Shown one piece after another: positions 1 to 12,257 of a DNA stretch of 64,000 bases. The stretch is from Squalus acanthias (lineage: Eukaryota). The DNA lies in contig CM059432.1 of the NCBI GenBank assembly GCA_030390025.1, forward strand, positions 37,574,001-37,638,000, written 5' to 3'. A model generated the notes under the pieces. That model made no database searches. It saw only the letters and a program-made list of their open reading frames with translations, and was not told the DNA's origin. Within the stretch, counting starts at the first letter, position 1. Each line of letters opens with the position of its first letter. The position numbers and the translations under genes are program-made.

Positions 1-1115
1 ATATTGATCAGATGATCCCATATAAAACAAAGAGCACTATATTGTCCTTGTATAAGACCTTGGTTAGGCCTCATCTAGAATACTATGTCCAGTTTTGATC
101 CCCTCACATGGTGGGAGATATAGAGGCCCTGAAGAAGTTTCAGCGGAGGGGTACTAGAATGATACCTAGTTAAAGCTCTTAGTTATCACAATAGGTTTAG
201 AGAGCTGAGTCTTTTCACTAAGAACTCCTACTTCCACCTCCATAACAAGGCCCGACTCCACTCCTGCCTCAGCTCGTCTGCTGCTGAAACCCTCATCCAT
301 GCCTTTGCTACCTCTAAACTTGTTTATTCCAACACACTCCTGGCTGGCCTCCCATCTTCCACCCTCATAAACGTGAGGTCATCCAAAACTCTGCTGCCCG
401 TGTCCTAACTCGCACCAAGTCCTGTTCACCCATCACCCCTGTGCTCGCTGACCTACATTGGCTCCCGGTTAAAATTCTCATCCCTGTTTTCAAATCCCTC
501 CATTGCCTCAACCCTCCCTATCTCTGTAATCTTCTCCAGTCCTACAACACTCCGAGATATCTGCACTCCTCCAATTTTGACCTCTTGCGCATCCCCAATT
601 TTAATCTCTCCACCATTGGAGGCCATACCTTCAGCTGCCTAGGCCCTAAGCTCTGGAATTCCCTCCCTAAACCTCTCCGCCTCTCTACTTCTCTTTCCTC
701 CTTTAAGCCTCTCCTTAAAACCTACCTCTTTGACCAAGCTTTTGGTCATCTGCCCTAATATCACCTTATGTGGCTCGGTGTCAAATTTAGTTTGATAATG
801 CTCCTGTGAAGCGCCTTGGCACGTTTTACTATGTTAAAGGCGCTATATAAATGCAACTTCTTCTTGTTGTTGTAGAAAAGTGTAGGCTTTGGGGAGATTA
901 GATTGTGGTATTTAAAATACTATTAGTCTGTGTCCGGGTGGATAGACTATTTGAATTAAATAGATCAGGGAGAACTAGTGGATGTGAGTATAAAATATGC
1001 AAGCGCAGAACTAGGTTAGATATCAGGAAGGTTTTCTTCTTGCAGAGGCTCATAGATGTCTGGAACAAGTTCCCGGCTCATGCAGCGAGTATGGATTCAC
1101 TGCAAACGTTCAAAA
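1..1115 (+). mobile_element. Degenerate CR1 LINE 3' fragment, split by an L2 insertion
   Basis: YKTLVRPHLEYYVQF-like start. LSLFSL (~205-220) resumes as EKCRLWGD (~875), then RLIDVWNKFP. Stops are present. Confidence 0.8.
221..873 (+). mobile_element. L2 LINE 3' fragment
   Basis: RT C-terminal LADLHWLPV...GPKLWNSLP...FKPLLKTYLF, an L2-type tail (gcgctatataaatgcaa) and a (ttg)n end. It interrupts the CR1 frame. Confidence 0.85.
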
Positions 1116-1590
1116 GGACGCTTTTTGAAAATTCATCACGGGATTTCCCATCCCTAATTGTCCTTGAGAAGGTGGTGATGAGTATTTATGTGGCTGGTCC
1201 AGTTAAGTTTCTGGTCCATGGTGACCCCCAGGATGTTGATGGTGGGGGATTCGACGATGGCAATCTCATTGAATGTCAAGGGGCGGTGGTTAGACTCTCT
1301 CTTGTTGGAGATTGTCATTGCCTGGCACTTGTGTGGTGTGAATGTTACCTGCTACTTATCAGCCCAAGCCTGAATGTCGTCCAGGTCTTGCTGCATGCGG
1401 GCACGGACTGCTCTATTATCTGAGGAGTTGCGAATGGAATTGAACACCGAGCAATCATAAGCAAACATCCCCACTTCTGACCTTATGTTGGAGGGAAGGT
1501 CATTGATGAAGCAGCTGAAGATGGTTGGACCTAGGACACTACCCTGAGGAACTCCTGCAGCAATATCCTGGGGCTGAGATGATTGGCCAC
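1116..1590 (-). mobile_element. Internally deleted non-LTR retrotransposon (CR1-group), same family as 11041-11575
   Basis: Shares the 3' end motif tccctaattg(c/t)ccttgagaaggtggtg with 11100 and 32600; RT-like sequence follows. Confidence 0.65.
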
Positions 1591-1944
1591 AACCAGCTGG
1601 ACGAATTTCTAGCTGAGGTTGCTATCACTGGGTGCAATAGATAGGTGAGTTGTTGGGTGATGTGCCTTATGGTCACTGTGGTCTCCTGGAACTCGTTTTA
1701 ATTGCCTTCAGGGATCAGAGATGAATTTCCCAGAATTCTTTTTTCCTGAATTAGAAAGCCTAATTTATATTTAAATCTTTGATTCCAAGAGATAATTAGT
1801 TTCAATCCAAGCAAGACTAGCTTTCAGTTACCTGAACTAGAAAATTTCATTCACTTTGCTTCCAATTTCCACCCTTCCCTCACTTTCACATGCTCTTCCC
1901 TTTCCTTCCTTGACTTCTCTGTCTCCATTTCTGGGGATAGGCTA

Positions 1945-2808
1945 TTGACAAACATTCACTACAAGCCCACTGACTCCCACAGCTACCTGGACTATACTTC
2001 CTCCCACCCCGCCTCCTGTAAGGACTCTATTCCATTCTCCCAGTTTCTCCGTCTCCGTCACATCTGCTCTGACGATGTCACCTTCTATACTACTGCTTCC
2101 GACATGTCTTCCTTTTTCCTCAACCGAGGATTCTCCTCTACCATGGTCGACACGGCCCTTGACCGTGTCCGTTCTATTTCCCGCGCTTCTGCTCTCACCC
2201 CTGCCCCTCCCTCCCGGAACCATGATAGAGTTCCCCTTGTCCTCACCTTTCACCCCACCAGCCTCCACATTCAACGTGTCATCCTCCACCATTTCCGCCA
2301 CCTCCAGCGTGATCCCACCACCAAACACATCTTCCCCTCCCCTCCCCTTTCAGCATTCCGAAGGGACCGCTCCCTCCGCGACACCCTGGTTCACTCCTCA
2401 ATCACCCCCAACACCCCTTCCCCTTCACCCGGCACCTTCCCATGCAAGCGCAGGAGATGCAACACCTGCCCTTTTACCTCCTCACTTCCCACTGTCCAGG
2501 GCCCTAAATGCTCCTTCCAGGTGAAACAGCGATTTACTTGTACTTCTTGCAATTTAGTATACTGTATTCGCTGCTCACGATGCGGTCTCCTCTTCATTGG
2601 GGAGATCAAACGCAGATTGGGTGACCGCTTTGCGGAACACCTCCGTTCAGTCCGCAAGGGTGACCCCGAGCTTCCGGTCACCTGTCACTTTAATTCTCTG
2701 CTCCACTCCCACTCTGACTTCACCGTCATCGGCCTCTTACACTGTTCCAACAAAGCTCAACATAAGCTCAAGGAACAGCACCTCATCTTTCGATTAGACA
2801 CTTTATAG
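1945..2808 (+). pseudogene. Penelope RT thumb / GIY-YIG endonuclease coding fragment
   Basis: 287-aa open frame with PLE motifs; 5'-truncated. Confidence 0.85.
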
Positions 2809-3019
2809 CCTTCTGGACTCAACATCGAGTTCAACAATTTCAGACCATAACCTCTGCCCCTATTTTTTTTTCACATGGCAGCTGTTGATGATTCTGCCAT
2901 TCCCATTTACATCTCATCTAGAGTCATCTTTTGTTTCTGAACTTGTCCCATTACCATCTCCTTTTGCCTTGCACCATCATCCCTTTTGTCTTTTAATATC
3001 TCCTGCCTTCCATCCTATC

Positions 3020-3931
3020 TGGAAAATTTCCAAAATTTGCAGATCCCCCAAAAAATATCTAAAGGAAAAAAATAAGGACTTTGGAACTTTAAAGGAACAT
3101 GTCTGGACATGTACAGCACATGGATTGTCTGGGAATTCAAAGCCCAGCAACATTAACATTTGGACAAAGGCCCTGGGAGAAGGCCGCCCCACCCAAAACA
3201 CAGAGCCCATAGGAATGCTAGGCCCAGCAAGGAACCCAAAGCATGAGAACAATGCAAGCTTCCATGGAACAACAGCTCAACAGGATGTAAGCCATTTGAT
3301 TTGGTTTAGCATAGTTGAAGGCCCATCAAAATTTAACAAGACAATGAACAGGCCTCACCTGAAAACTCACTGCATTACGAAACCAGTTTTCGTGAGGAGT
3401 TTTGTGGGGGTGGGGGGGGTGCGAAAAAGGACTATATCTGCAGCAGGACCCAAGATTTCTTTCTCTTTTGACTCACCGACCACGTTTGGAACAACGCTCC
3501 CTCTCAGCTCTGCCCAGAAGCCACATGGTAAAGGAAGACATTCGATGACCAGAATCACCATCAACTTACCTGGCTGGATTTCGTACTGTTAATACCCCTG
3601 TTTGGTGAGCATTATCCCTGATCTCCTGAAACCGAAACCTAGCTAGAAGTGGGATTTTTGGGAGGGATAAAGGTTTTTTTCTTGTATACTGTCATTTTCC
3701 CTCACCTGCAACTGTGTGTTCCCCAAACCTGTTTAAGTGTGAAGTGTGTTTAAGTTTGTTACCTTTTAATTTTAATAAAAGTTATAGTTCTTTCATCGGA
3801 ACCTGTTGTCTACTGCATCTTTATTCACAACCCCTAAATAAGTCCAAGTTTTGAACCTGGGGCGTGGGAGCGATTCGAACCGCTCACTGAGTCAGGGGAA
3901 AGGCTGACTCTTATCACAACCACCCCCTACA
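3020..3931 (+). mobile_element. Solo LTR (912 bp)
   Basis: TG...TACA termini; 4-bp TSD tatc (3016-3019, 3932-3935); AATAAA near 3774. The 3' ~330 bp is homologous to 19089-20891. Confidence 0.85.
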
Positions 3932-4024
3932 TATCACAGACCTTCATTTTTGTTCTTTCCTCCTCTCCCCCCTTTCCCTGCCCCTGCACTTGCTTAAAAA
4001 TCTGTTACATCTCTAACTTTTTCC

Positions 4025-4061
4025 AGTTCTGATGAAGGGTCATCGACCTGAAACATTAACT
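4025..4061 (+). ncRNA. Minimal hammerhead ribozyme motif in the PLE terminal region (probably mutated in stem III)
   Basis: agtt-CTGATGA-a-gggtc-atc-gacct-GAAAC-att-aact; stem I is agtt/aact. Confidence 0.65.
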
Positions 4062-4102
4062 CTGTTTCTCTCTCCACAGATGCTGCCTGACCTGCTGAGT
4101 AT

Positions 4103-5766
4103 TGTAAGGGTTTGCGTGCGTGTCTCTCAGCCTGTGGGATTCGCGCGGCTCTGTGCAGCCTGTATGTCAGTGCGGGTTTAGGCCTTGTTGCCTGTTCTGG
4201 TCTCCAGCCAGTCTGGGAACACTAGACACACCTGTGAGTGGTTCGAATCACTCGCCCTTACGGTTCTAGACACTGGACTTAGATGCGAGAGCAGTAATGG
4301 AGATGAAACTCATGTAGACTCGGTCGAATGGTACGAAATGGAAAAATCTTTATTGCATGATATTTAAGATTACGAAATACATGTCATAAGCACAGATTAA
4401 TGACAGTACAATCTTACACACAGTTATGTAGCTAATTCTAGGGAAACGAGGAACGAACGACACACCGTAAATGGGGGCACACATTACAAGTATCCTTAAT
4501 ACTTAAACCCTCCCCTATCAATATCTGTCCTAGCTAGATTCGTAGGATTCGAGACTCATGCTCACCACTCGTGATAACTCGGAGAAATTCCGAATAGCTG
4601 ATCGGATGTTTTCACCGCAGCACCCACGTGTCGATCAGGGGGTCTCCTGGCCCTACTTGTTTACTTGCTTCTGCTCCGGCTAGCAGGCTGGAACGTCTGT
4701 TGTGATGAAGATCTGTGTTGGTTGGTTTAACATATCAGTCAACACTTAAGAGAATAATCTCTCGGTGTCCGTCATGAGGATCTGCCCTGATGGGTTTCAC
4801 AGATCAGTCAATATCTTCACGGAGAATCTTCCGGGGTCCGTTCTTTAAAGTTCAAAGAAGTCTTCCTGGCAAGGAAAAATGTCTATTCGACCTACAGGCG
4901 CGGTCGGGGCTTACTGACCGTGGCGATAAGTATGGTCTTCGTCTCTTCTCATCTCATCTCATCTCTTCTCATCTCATCTCGGGCCTTTGGTTCCGATGCC
5001 GGTTACCAACATAGGTCTTCGTGACACGACACGAGTTCAACAGTCTTTTAAAAGAGACACCAGGCAAAGCAGGAACAAGACGGCGAGTCAAGAACACAGG
5101 AGCAGCCACGAGGATAAGAGTCAATCGGATAAGAGAAAGATGGACGGTTGGAGCTTGTAATTATAGTACAAAATCTTCCGTTTCCCGCCCAACCTTAATG
5201 CCTCTTCTTTTGTTTGGGTTTGGCGCTCAAATGTCTTGTATAGGTGATCTCCGTTTTTAATGGGTTTCGGGGCTACTCGTAAATGTCTGAGTACCTGTTA
5301 ATATTTCTCCCATTGTTAAATCGGTCGGTGTTCTCCCTGGAGGGGTTTTGGGGCTTCCAAGTGTCTTGTGTAACTACCCGCTAACGGCTCTCTCATCGTA
5401 GAGTCGTTGGGATTTTACATATTAATGTCTTTGGATGGGCCCTTGATTACTTGGTACAATAGCTTTCATTCGTACCTGGGAGACCGATTTCAGTATTTAT
5501 GTGTATACTGCAAACCCATGATGTCTCGTGTGTTATCTTCAATGTGCTGAATCTTAATCGATCTTGCACAAATGTTTATTGGAACGCCATCTTGTCTGTC
5601 TGTCGAAAAGTCTAGAATGTTCCGCCACGAGGTGCGGCGGCCATTTTACAGGCTGCTTGTGTCCACTTTGAAAACCTGACAGCATTCTGCTGAAATAAAA
5701 GCTGTTTGAACGAAACTATGTGTTTTCTCCTTATGTATAAAATCGCGATATATTGCAAATTCTACA
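4103..5766 (-). mobile_element. Solo LTR-like element (1664 bp)
   Basis: TGTA...TACA termini; 4-bp TSD gtat (4099-4102, 5767-5770); splits the PLE tail gagtat|ttccagc. Orientation is tentative, taken from a minus-strand AATAAA near 4350. Confidence 0.8.
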
Positions 5767-5797
5767 GTATTTCCAGCATTTTCTGTTTTTATTCTAG

Positions 5798-5883
5798 CTT
5801 TCAGTTTCAGTTTCAGAACAAAAATAATTATTTCCAGGAAAGCTGTCATGATGAGTTGGCAGGAAACTGAGCAGCTATATAAA
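5798..5883 (+). promoter_or_regulatory. Promoter with ISRE/IRF-E repeat, GAS (STAT) element and TATA box
   Basis: ctttcagtttcagtttcag at 5798-5816, TTCCAGGAA at 5832-5840 and TATATAAA at 5876-5883, about 110 bp upstream of ATG 5990. Confidence 0.65.
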
Positions 5884-5989
5884 CACTGGGGTTAAACAAA
5901 GTCCTGCAGTACTCGAACCAGAGGAGAGAGACTCAGAGAGACAGACAGAGACAGAGAGAGAGAGAGAGCAACACAAAGCAGCTGGCAAC

Positions 5990-6029
5990 ATGAGCTGGTT
6001 CTCTTTTTCATCAGCTGGCAGAACTTCAG
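5990..6029 (+). CDS. Exon 1 of 151-aa permuted NlpC/P60-like protein gene (MSWFSFSSAGRTS)
   Basis: aacATG downstream of a TATA box; donor CAG|gtaaac; phase 1 matches exon 2. Confidence 0.6.
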
Positions 6030-6038
6030 GTAAACGAT

Positions 6039-6809
6039 GGGTCGAATTTTGCAGTCAGCGGCGAACGAACGGCACTAGCCGTTCATTATACTAGCACTTG
6101 CCCATAGACTTTCTACGGGCTTTTGTACGGAAAGTTCCTTTCAGCCAACCATCCACACAGTGCCCTCTACAGGGCATCTGGGACCTGTGTGAATAGGGCA
6201 AGCAACTGTGCATCTCCTTAACCAATCAGATTGAAGAATCATTAATGAGCAGCACAAAGACTGAAACAAGAAGTGTCAGTTAGAATATTCAATTCAATGT
6301 CAAATCAGGTAGAGAAAGCAAAATAAAACGAGGGAAAGAAAGATTGGATTAAGAGACAGAAAGAAAAAGTAAACAAAAAGATTTTTAAAATTTATTTTAC
6401 TTTTTTAAATTTCCAACAATAATTAAAATCTGAAGGAATGAGATTCAACACTGGTACGAGTTAATTTTCAGTGTCAGAGAGGTTGTCTGGCAATAATTAA
6501 GACTTACTCCACCGTTAAAAGGTTACTTCGATTGGAATGGACAAACCTAACTTTTTTCTGCGAGTTTAGTTTGTATCTTTGAGGAAAGTACAGCAAATTC
6601 ACGCCTTTCAATGTATTTGACTGGTGAGTCTCCTGGTGAGATGCCGTTATTGCACAGCTTCTGGAGGAGCAGGGCATCTCGGACAGCAACTTCCTCATTT
6701 TCAGGTTTAACTGTGGCTGTGCGGTCGTTGGAAGTTGTTGGCCAATTTCTACGTAAATAACGGTGAGCACTGTTAGCTTCACCGTTATTTCTACCGCAAG
6801 ATCAGGCCC
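6039..6809. mobile_element. Harbinger-type MITE, same family as 55262-58328, opposite orientation
   Basis: Degenerate TIRs gggtcgaattttgc / gcaagatcaggccc. Internal 6175-6240 is the reverse-complement homolog of 58125-58190. Confidence 0.7.
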
Positions 6810-9029
6810 AATAACTTTATTGTATTTCTTTTCCTCTGTCGCAGCCATTGATTTTTGTTCTGGGAATCTCTAAGGGGCTATTTTATTCTCTGTATGATTT
6901 CACTAAACTGTCTTTAGAAACTAAAGATTGTTTAGATGCAAGCACATCACGATATTTATTTCAATGCCATTCTGTACTATCCTAGTTTAAGCAATAATGA
7001 TGCCTAAAGATATGCACCCTGCATACAGTTTGAATTTAATTCAGTGTGTTTGTTTATTAATCAAAGGGTTGAAATTGCACTGTGCGGCAAATGTATTAAC
7101 AGGTTGGTAAGAAATTCCTTTGCCATTATTTTGATGAGTGTGGAGGAGTCCAGATCCCACATGTGTGAGGTGCTCATGCACGTTATTGAAAGCATATAGA
7201 CATCCTTGGAGCAAATGGCAGCTCCAGGACTATCTGCTGCACAGCCTCTCGCAGCTGAAGCCTTGCTCCCAGTCTCAGGTTTTCTCATGAATGCTCTGAT
7301 TGCTGCAATATTGGTTGTCAACTGCACTGTGGCAGCCTCCGTGGACACACTCACAGAGGGAGTAAAGTAGTATCCACTATGTGTTATGCCAATCCTGTCA
7401 TCAGGTCAGATCCTTGGGCAAAGTGGCAGAGAGGCCAGGAAAAGGGGATGGTTGGAACACACCTTGTTTGTTGGTGCTCTCCATCCAGATTGCGCCACAT
7501 CTTTAGCTATCACTCTCCCAGCTTCCCTTCCCCCTACATCACCTTGACTGCACGGGAGTCTGAAAGCAGGCAGGGCCAAGCTGCCCCTGGTTCAGCAGAT
7601 GAACTGCAGCCTGAAGCCGACCCATCTAGCTCACAGAGATCAAGGGTCACCTTGGGTCCTGGAGCCTAGCAGTAATGCCTGTCTCGGGGAACCACTTAGA
7701 CAAATGACCAGACTAGTAGGCTGTGCACAACAGACACCCAATGTTAGAAAGGGGGAAAGGCCACGGTGGAAAGAGTTAATTTGATACGGAGAAATTATGG
7801 CCCAGAATTTCCTCAATGTGATTTACACTGCTGTTGCCCCTTTAAAAATAGTGTTACATCTGCCACTGGCCTCCAAAGGGAGATACATGGACGTCTTCAT
7901 GATGTCACAAACACAAGACTTCTGCTGATTTGCATGGCAAAGTTTCCCTTAGGCCTATCACTACGGATCAGGTCAGAAACCTTGTGTACATTGTTACTGG
8001 ACCTGGCATTATGGATCTCCACCCATATTTCACAGCTCCTCTGCTATAGGCTCTTCTGGGGAACTAGGGTATAATACTTCCAACCTTTCTCCAATCTGCA
8101 CAACACCCATTAACCCCAACCCTTTTGTTTCCTGTATGATTATCAATTTTCCATCTATGACATGGGCAGTGTCTCAGTCACCCATATTCAAGGACAATAG
8201 TTGGCCCGGGTGTGGGAATAGGTCCCGGTTCATGTCTCTGTCCAATATCACTATGTGCTACATATGGGGCAGAAGTGTTAGGAAGACTGCTGTGGGAGAT
8301 GTAGAGCATCTGTGTTCAAGCATAGATATTTAACATTGAGATCAGCTCACCAGCTATTCTGCCCTTGATTAGCAGCCATCCCATTCTGAGATGACCAGCT
8401 GCCAGTTAAGGGCAGATGTCTGCCTATCAGGATGGCAACACCATTTCCCTTAGATAAGAATCAAGTTGTTCATGTTTGGTACACACAATTCCATAAGAAT
8501 TTGGCGCATTCTGCATGATCAGGGTGAATATCCTGCAGAATATCTTTTCCTTTTAATTTGGTGGTTGAGCCCCCTGATGTTCAGGATATTATTTGGATAT
8601 AATAAGCCGTATAATATAATCCATATTGTGCTTATTTGGACTGACGTGAGTGGGCCCTGTAGAATCATCTGTTGTTAAGGGAGGCAGACATCAAGGATGG
8701 TTCATGGTGAGTGGTTCACGTCAATTCCAGACCTTTTTCTGCCATATCCTCCTATTGGTCTGTTCGGCTACTTCTGCATTAGCCAGTAGATATTTACACC
8801 TCTTTGGATTGTGTGCAATAAATTCTCTTCATGGGTGGAGCTGCCATTTGCTCCAAGGCTACAGGGTGGAGAATAAATCTCACCCCAGTTTCCCAGGTAA
8901 GGGGATGAGGCTACTTTTTGTTTGGGTCCCTCCTTTGTGCCCAGTCTCACTTGGATAGTAGTTCGATGCATGTTAAAGGTCTGTAGGGTTACTAATGGTG
9001 CATTAAGTCCCCAGCTGCTGATATCTTTC

Positions 9030-9560
9030 AGAAGAGATGTTAAACCAAAGCCCCGTCTGCACCTCGGTGGATGTAAAAGATTCCATGGCGCTATTCGAAG
9101 AAGAGCAGGGGAGTTCTCCCCGGTGTCCTGGCCAATATTTATCCCTCCTTTGGCTCCTCCTTGGTTCAATGGTAACATGCTTGCTTCTGAGTCAGAAGGC
9201 CTTGAGTTGAAGCTTCATTCCAGAGACTAGAGCACATAATCTAGATCTGATGGTATCTTTCAGATAAGACATTAACTTGAGGCTCTGCCTGCTCTCTCAG
9301 GTGGATGTGAAAGACCCATGACACTATCTAAAAAGAGCAGGGGAGTTCTCCCCGGTGCCCTGGCCAATATTTATCCCTCAACCAACATCGCCAAACACAG
9401 ATTACACTATCTGGTCATTATCTTATTGCTGTTCTTGGGATCGTGCAATGCATAATTTGGCTGCCACGTTTCCTACATTATAACAGTGACTATACTTCAG
9501 AGTGTTTCATTGGCTGTAAAGTACTTATGGACGTCCTGAAGTCGTGCAAGTTGCTATATA
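9030..9560 (+). mobile_element. tRNA-derived Deu-domain SINE (SacSINE1-like), partial plus near-full copy
   Basis: Deu core cctggccaatatttatccctc...ctggtcatt...tttcctacatt and an L2-like tail. Confidence 0.75.
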
Positions 9561-10219
9561 AGTACAAGTCTTTTCTTTTTTCCGAGCAATGTTAGTTTTA
9601 GCTTGTCATATGCCAGTTCCAGCTAAGCTATGCTACACTTTTACCTAGTTATAGACACTGCTCGGGACGTCTCGGTCACCCATATTTGGGGACAACAGTG
9701 AAGTAGTTAGACAGGTGCTCGCCTAAGTGCAATTAAAAGGTAGGATTACATTTCCTGGTGACGTGTCATTTGTGCTAGATGGGCTGACCTTGCAGTTGTT
9801 AGCTTGGCCTGGGGGACTGGGGAGATCACCCAGGGCTGTGGAGTCTCTTGGACAACCATCTTGCTCTGTTGCAATGTTATCAGCTGTTACAATCTTGTTT
9901 TTGGAGGACTGGCACTGGGACTTTCCTTCTGCCTTGAGCATGGATGTCCTGGATTTGCCTGGGTCTCCTTCTGGGGATAAGTTCCAGCATCTGGATTCGA
10001 GCCAGTCACACATCTTGTGTCTTGTCTTCAGTGTGAGCAGCTCATGAGGGAAGAGGGATGTCAACTTTTGAGTCCTAATTTTCCCTTTGGGGACAGAGAT
10101 GACAGCCTTTTTGGGCTTTTTTCATCATTTAATGGAGTCTTTTACCTTGTGCAGTGGGCTGGCTGGTGCAGAGGAGAAAAGACGATTTAAGTTGACAGCT
10201 GGTCAGAGCACCTTGTTTA

Positions 10220-10640
10220 CGCTCAGTGGGTAACACTCTCGCCTCTGAGTCAGAAGGTTGTGGGTTCAAGTCCCACTCCAGAGACTTGAGCACAAAAATC
10301 TAGGCTGACATTCCAGTGTAGTACTGAGGGAGTGCTGCACTTTCAGAGGTGCTGTCTTTCTGATGAGATGTAAAACCTCAGGTGGATGTAAAAGATCCTA
10401 TGGCACTATTTTTCCCCGGTGTCCTGGCCAATATTTATCCCTCAATCAACATCTCTAAAAAAATAGATTATCTGGTCATTACCACATTGCTGTTTGTGGG
10501 AGCTTGCTGTGCGCAAATTGGCTGCCGCATTTCCTACAATACAATAGTGACTACACTTCAAAAAGTACTTCATTGGCTGTAAAGCGCTTCGGGACTGCCG
10601 GTGGTCGTGAAAGGAGCTATAGAAATGCAAGTCTTTCTTT
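10220..10640 (+). mobile_element. Deu-domain SINE (SacSINE1-like)
   Basis: tRNA-like head (gctcagtgggta...gggttcaagtccc), Deu core and tail gctatagaaatgcaagtctttc. Confidence 0.8.
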
Positions 10641-10789
10641 TTGTTCTACTTCCCTTGTTGTGATGTTATCGGAAGTCCTCCCAAAATTGTGAATTCTAAG
10701 TAGCCTTACAACATTACAAATTCTTTAAAATTCACATCATGAATCCTTTGCTTTGCTGAACATAGCAAATGACTTTTGTTATTTTACAG

Positions 10790-10967
10790 GTGGTGGAAAA
10801 CCCCATGACTTGCAGACAAAACCCCATGACTTGCAGACAAAATCTCAACTTACTGAACTGTACAACCAGCGTGTGGAAAAGGCAGAGAGAGTGCAGAGAG
10901 CCTTGAGTGGATCATCAGTAAGTGGAGTACCAATTATGGCTGGACCTTTCAGACATGAAGGTGTGAG
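10790..10967 (+). CDS. Exon 2 of permuted NlpC/P60-like protein gene (...GPFRHEGVR)
   Basis: Acceptor ttttgttattttacag, donor GAG|gtaagc; 178 nt; open frame; phases 1/2. Confidence 0.85.
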
Positions 10968-11040
10968 GTAAGCTTAGTATTTGTTTTATTGATTGGCGCT
11001 AGGTAGATAGCACTAAAAAAATACCCTTGACAGATAGGAT

Positions 11041-11575
11041 TTTTTTTTATTCGTTCATGGGATGTGGGCGTCGCTGGCAAGGCCAGCATTTATTGCCCAT
11101 CCCTAATTGCCCTTGAGAAGGTGGTGGTGAGCCGTCTTATTAAACCGCTGCAGTCCGTGTGGTGAAGGTACTCCCACAGTGTTGTTAGGTAGGGAGTTCC
11201 AGGATTTTGACCCAGCGACGATGAAAGATCGGCGATACACTTCTAAGTCAGGATGGTGTGTGACTTGGAGGGGAACTTGGAGGTGGTGGTGTTCCCATGC
11301 GCCTGCTGCCCTTGTCCTTCTAGGTGGAAGAGGTCGCGGGTTTGGGAGGTGCTGCCGAAGAAGCCTTGGCGAGTTGCTGCAGTGCATCTTGTCGATGGTA
11401 CACACTGCAGCCACGGTACGCCGGTGGTGGAGGGAGTGAATGTTTAAGGTGGTGGATGGGGTGCTTTGTCCTGGGTGGTGTTGAGCTTCTTGAGTGTTGT
11501 TGGAGCTGCACTCATCCAGGCAAGTGGAGAGTATTCCATCACACTCCTTACTTGTGCCTTGTAGATGGTGGATGG
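11041..11575 (-). mobile_element. Non-LTR retrotransposon 3' end (CR1-group)
   Basis: FIVAGSKSWNSLP...HHHLLKGN* and an A-rich tail; further copies at 18795-19088 and 32545-32730. Confidence 0.75.
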
Positions 11576-12257
11576 ATCACAGTATCATCACTGGTGACAT
11601 TGATCTTGTTCTCTTGGGGGGTATTAAATGCATTGTCTGAATGGTTGAAATACTTTTACCTGATAGTAACTGCTGTTGCCGTATAAAACAATATTCTTAC
11701 TGTTGATAATTCATTACTGCCACACAGGTGGAATACTGTAATGGGAGTGGGTCAGTGGAATTTGTAAATGGGTTATTGATTGACTTTTTTAACACATGAA
11801 AAAATAAAGTTAGCTGTGGATATTTTAAATGATCTGCCTCCTCTAAAACATAGTTGGAGTCCAGTCCTCAGTGAGTTAGGTCAAGTGCTATCCAGGGAGA
11901 AGGGCATATAACAAGGAAATTTCCCTTGAACCAATCCCATATACTCCTTATCATTAATAGTGGCTGCATTTTAAGAAATATAGATGTAAGTTTTACCAGG
12001 ATAAGTATTGCTCTATTTCTTAACTCGAACTGGACTCGTACTTTTTCTGCTGATAGGGTGGATGGGTGGCTAGGTGTCAGACTTCTGCTAGTGCCCCCTT
12101 TGATCTCCCTGCTTGGACAATGTATCAGTAAGTTTAGTGCCGCAATTATAGGATGCTACCCCCAATTCCTGTCCAGTGGAGGCAGTGAAAATCTGCTCTT
12201 AAAGAACCAGTGGTGAAACCTCTTCCCAGGGGTTAAAGTTGGGGGCCATTAAATGTC

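Larger units (their letters stand above)
1830..5793 (+). mobile_element. 5'-truncated Penelope-like retroelement (RT C-terminus + GIY-YIG) containing two nested solo LTRs
   Basis: ORF 1945-2808 has YKPTDSHSYLDYTSSHP, CKRRRCNTCP and NLVYCIRC...FIGE..RRLGDRFAEH. 13-bp TSD ctagctttcagtt at 1817-1829 and 5794-5806. The 3' part resumes across both LTR insertions. Confidence 0.9.

Noticed and set aside
9723..10200. Overlapping ORFs on both strands in non-repetitive-looking intronic DNA
   Set aside because: No recognisable domain, upstream in-frame stops and no convincing splice pair.
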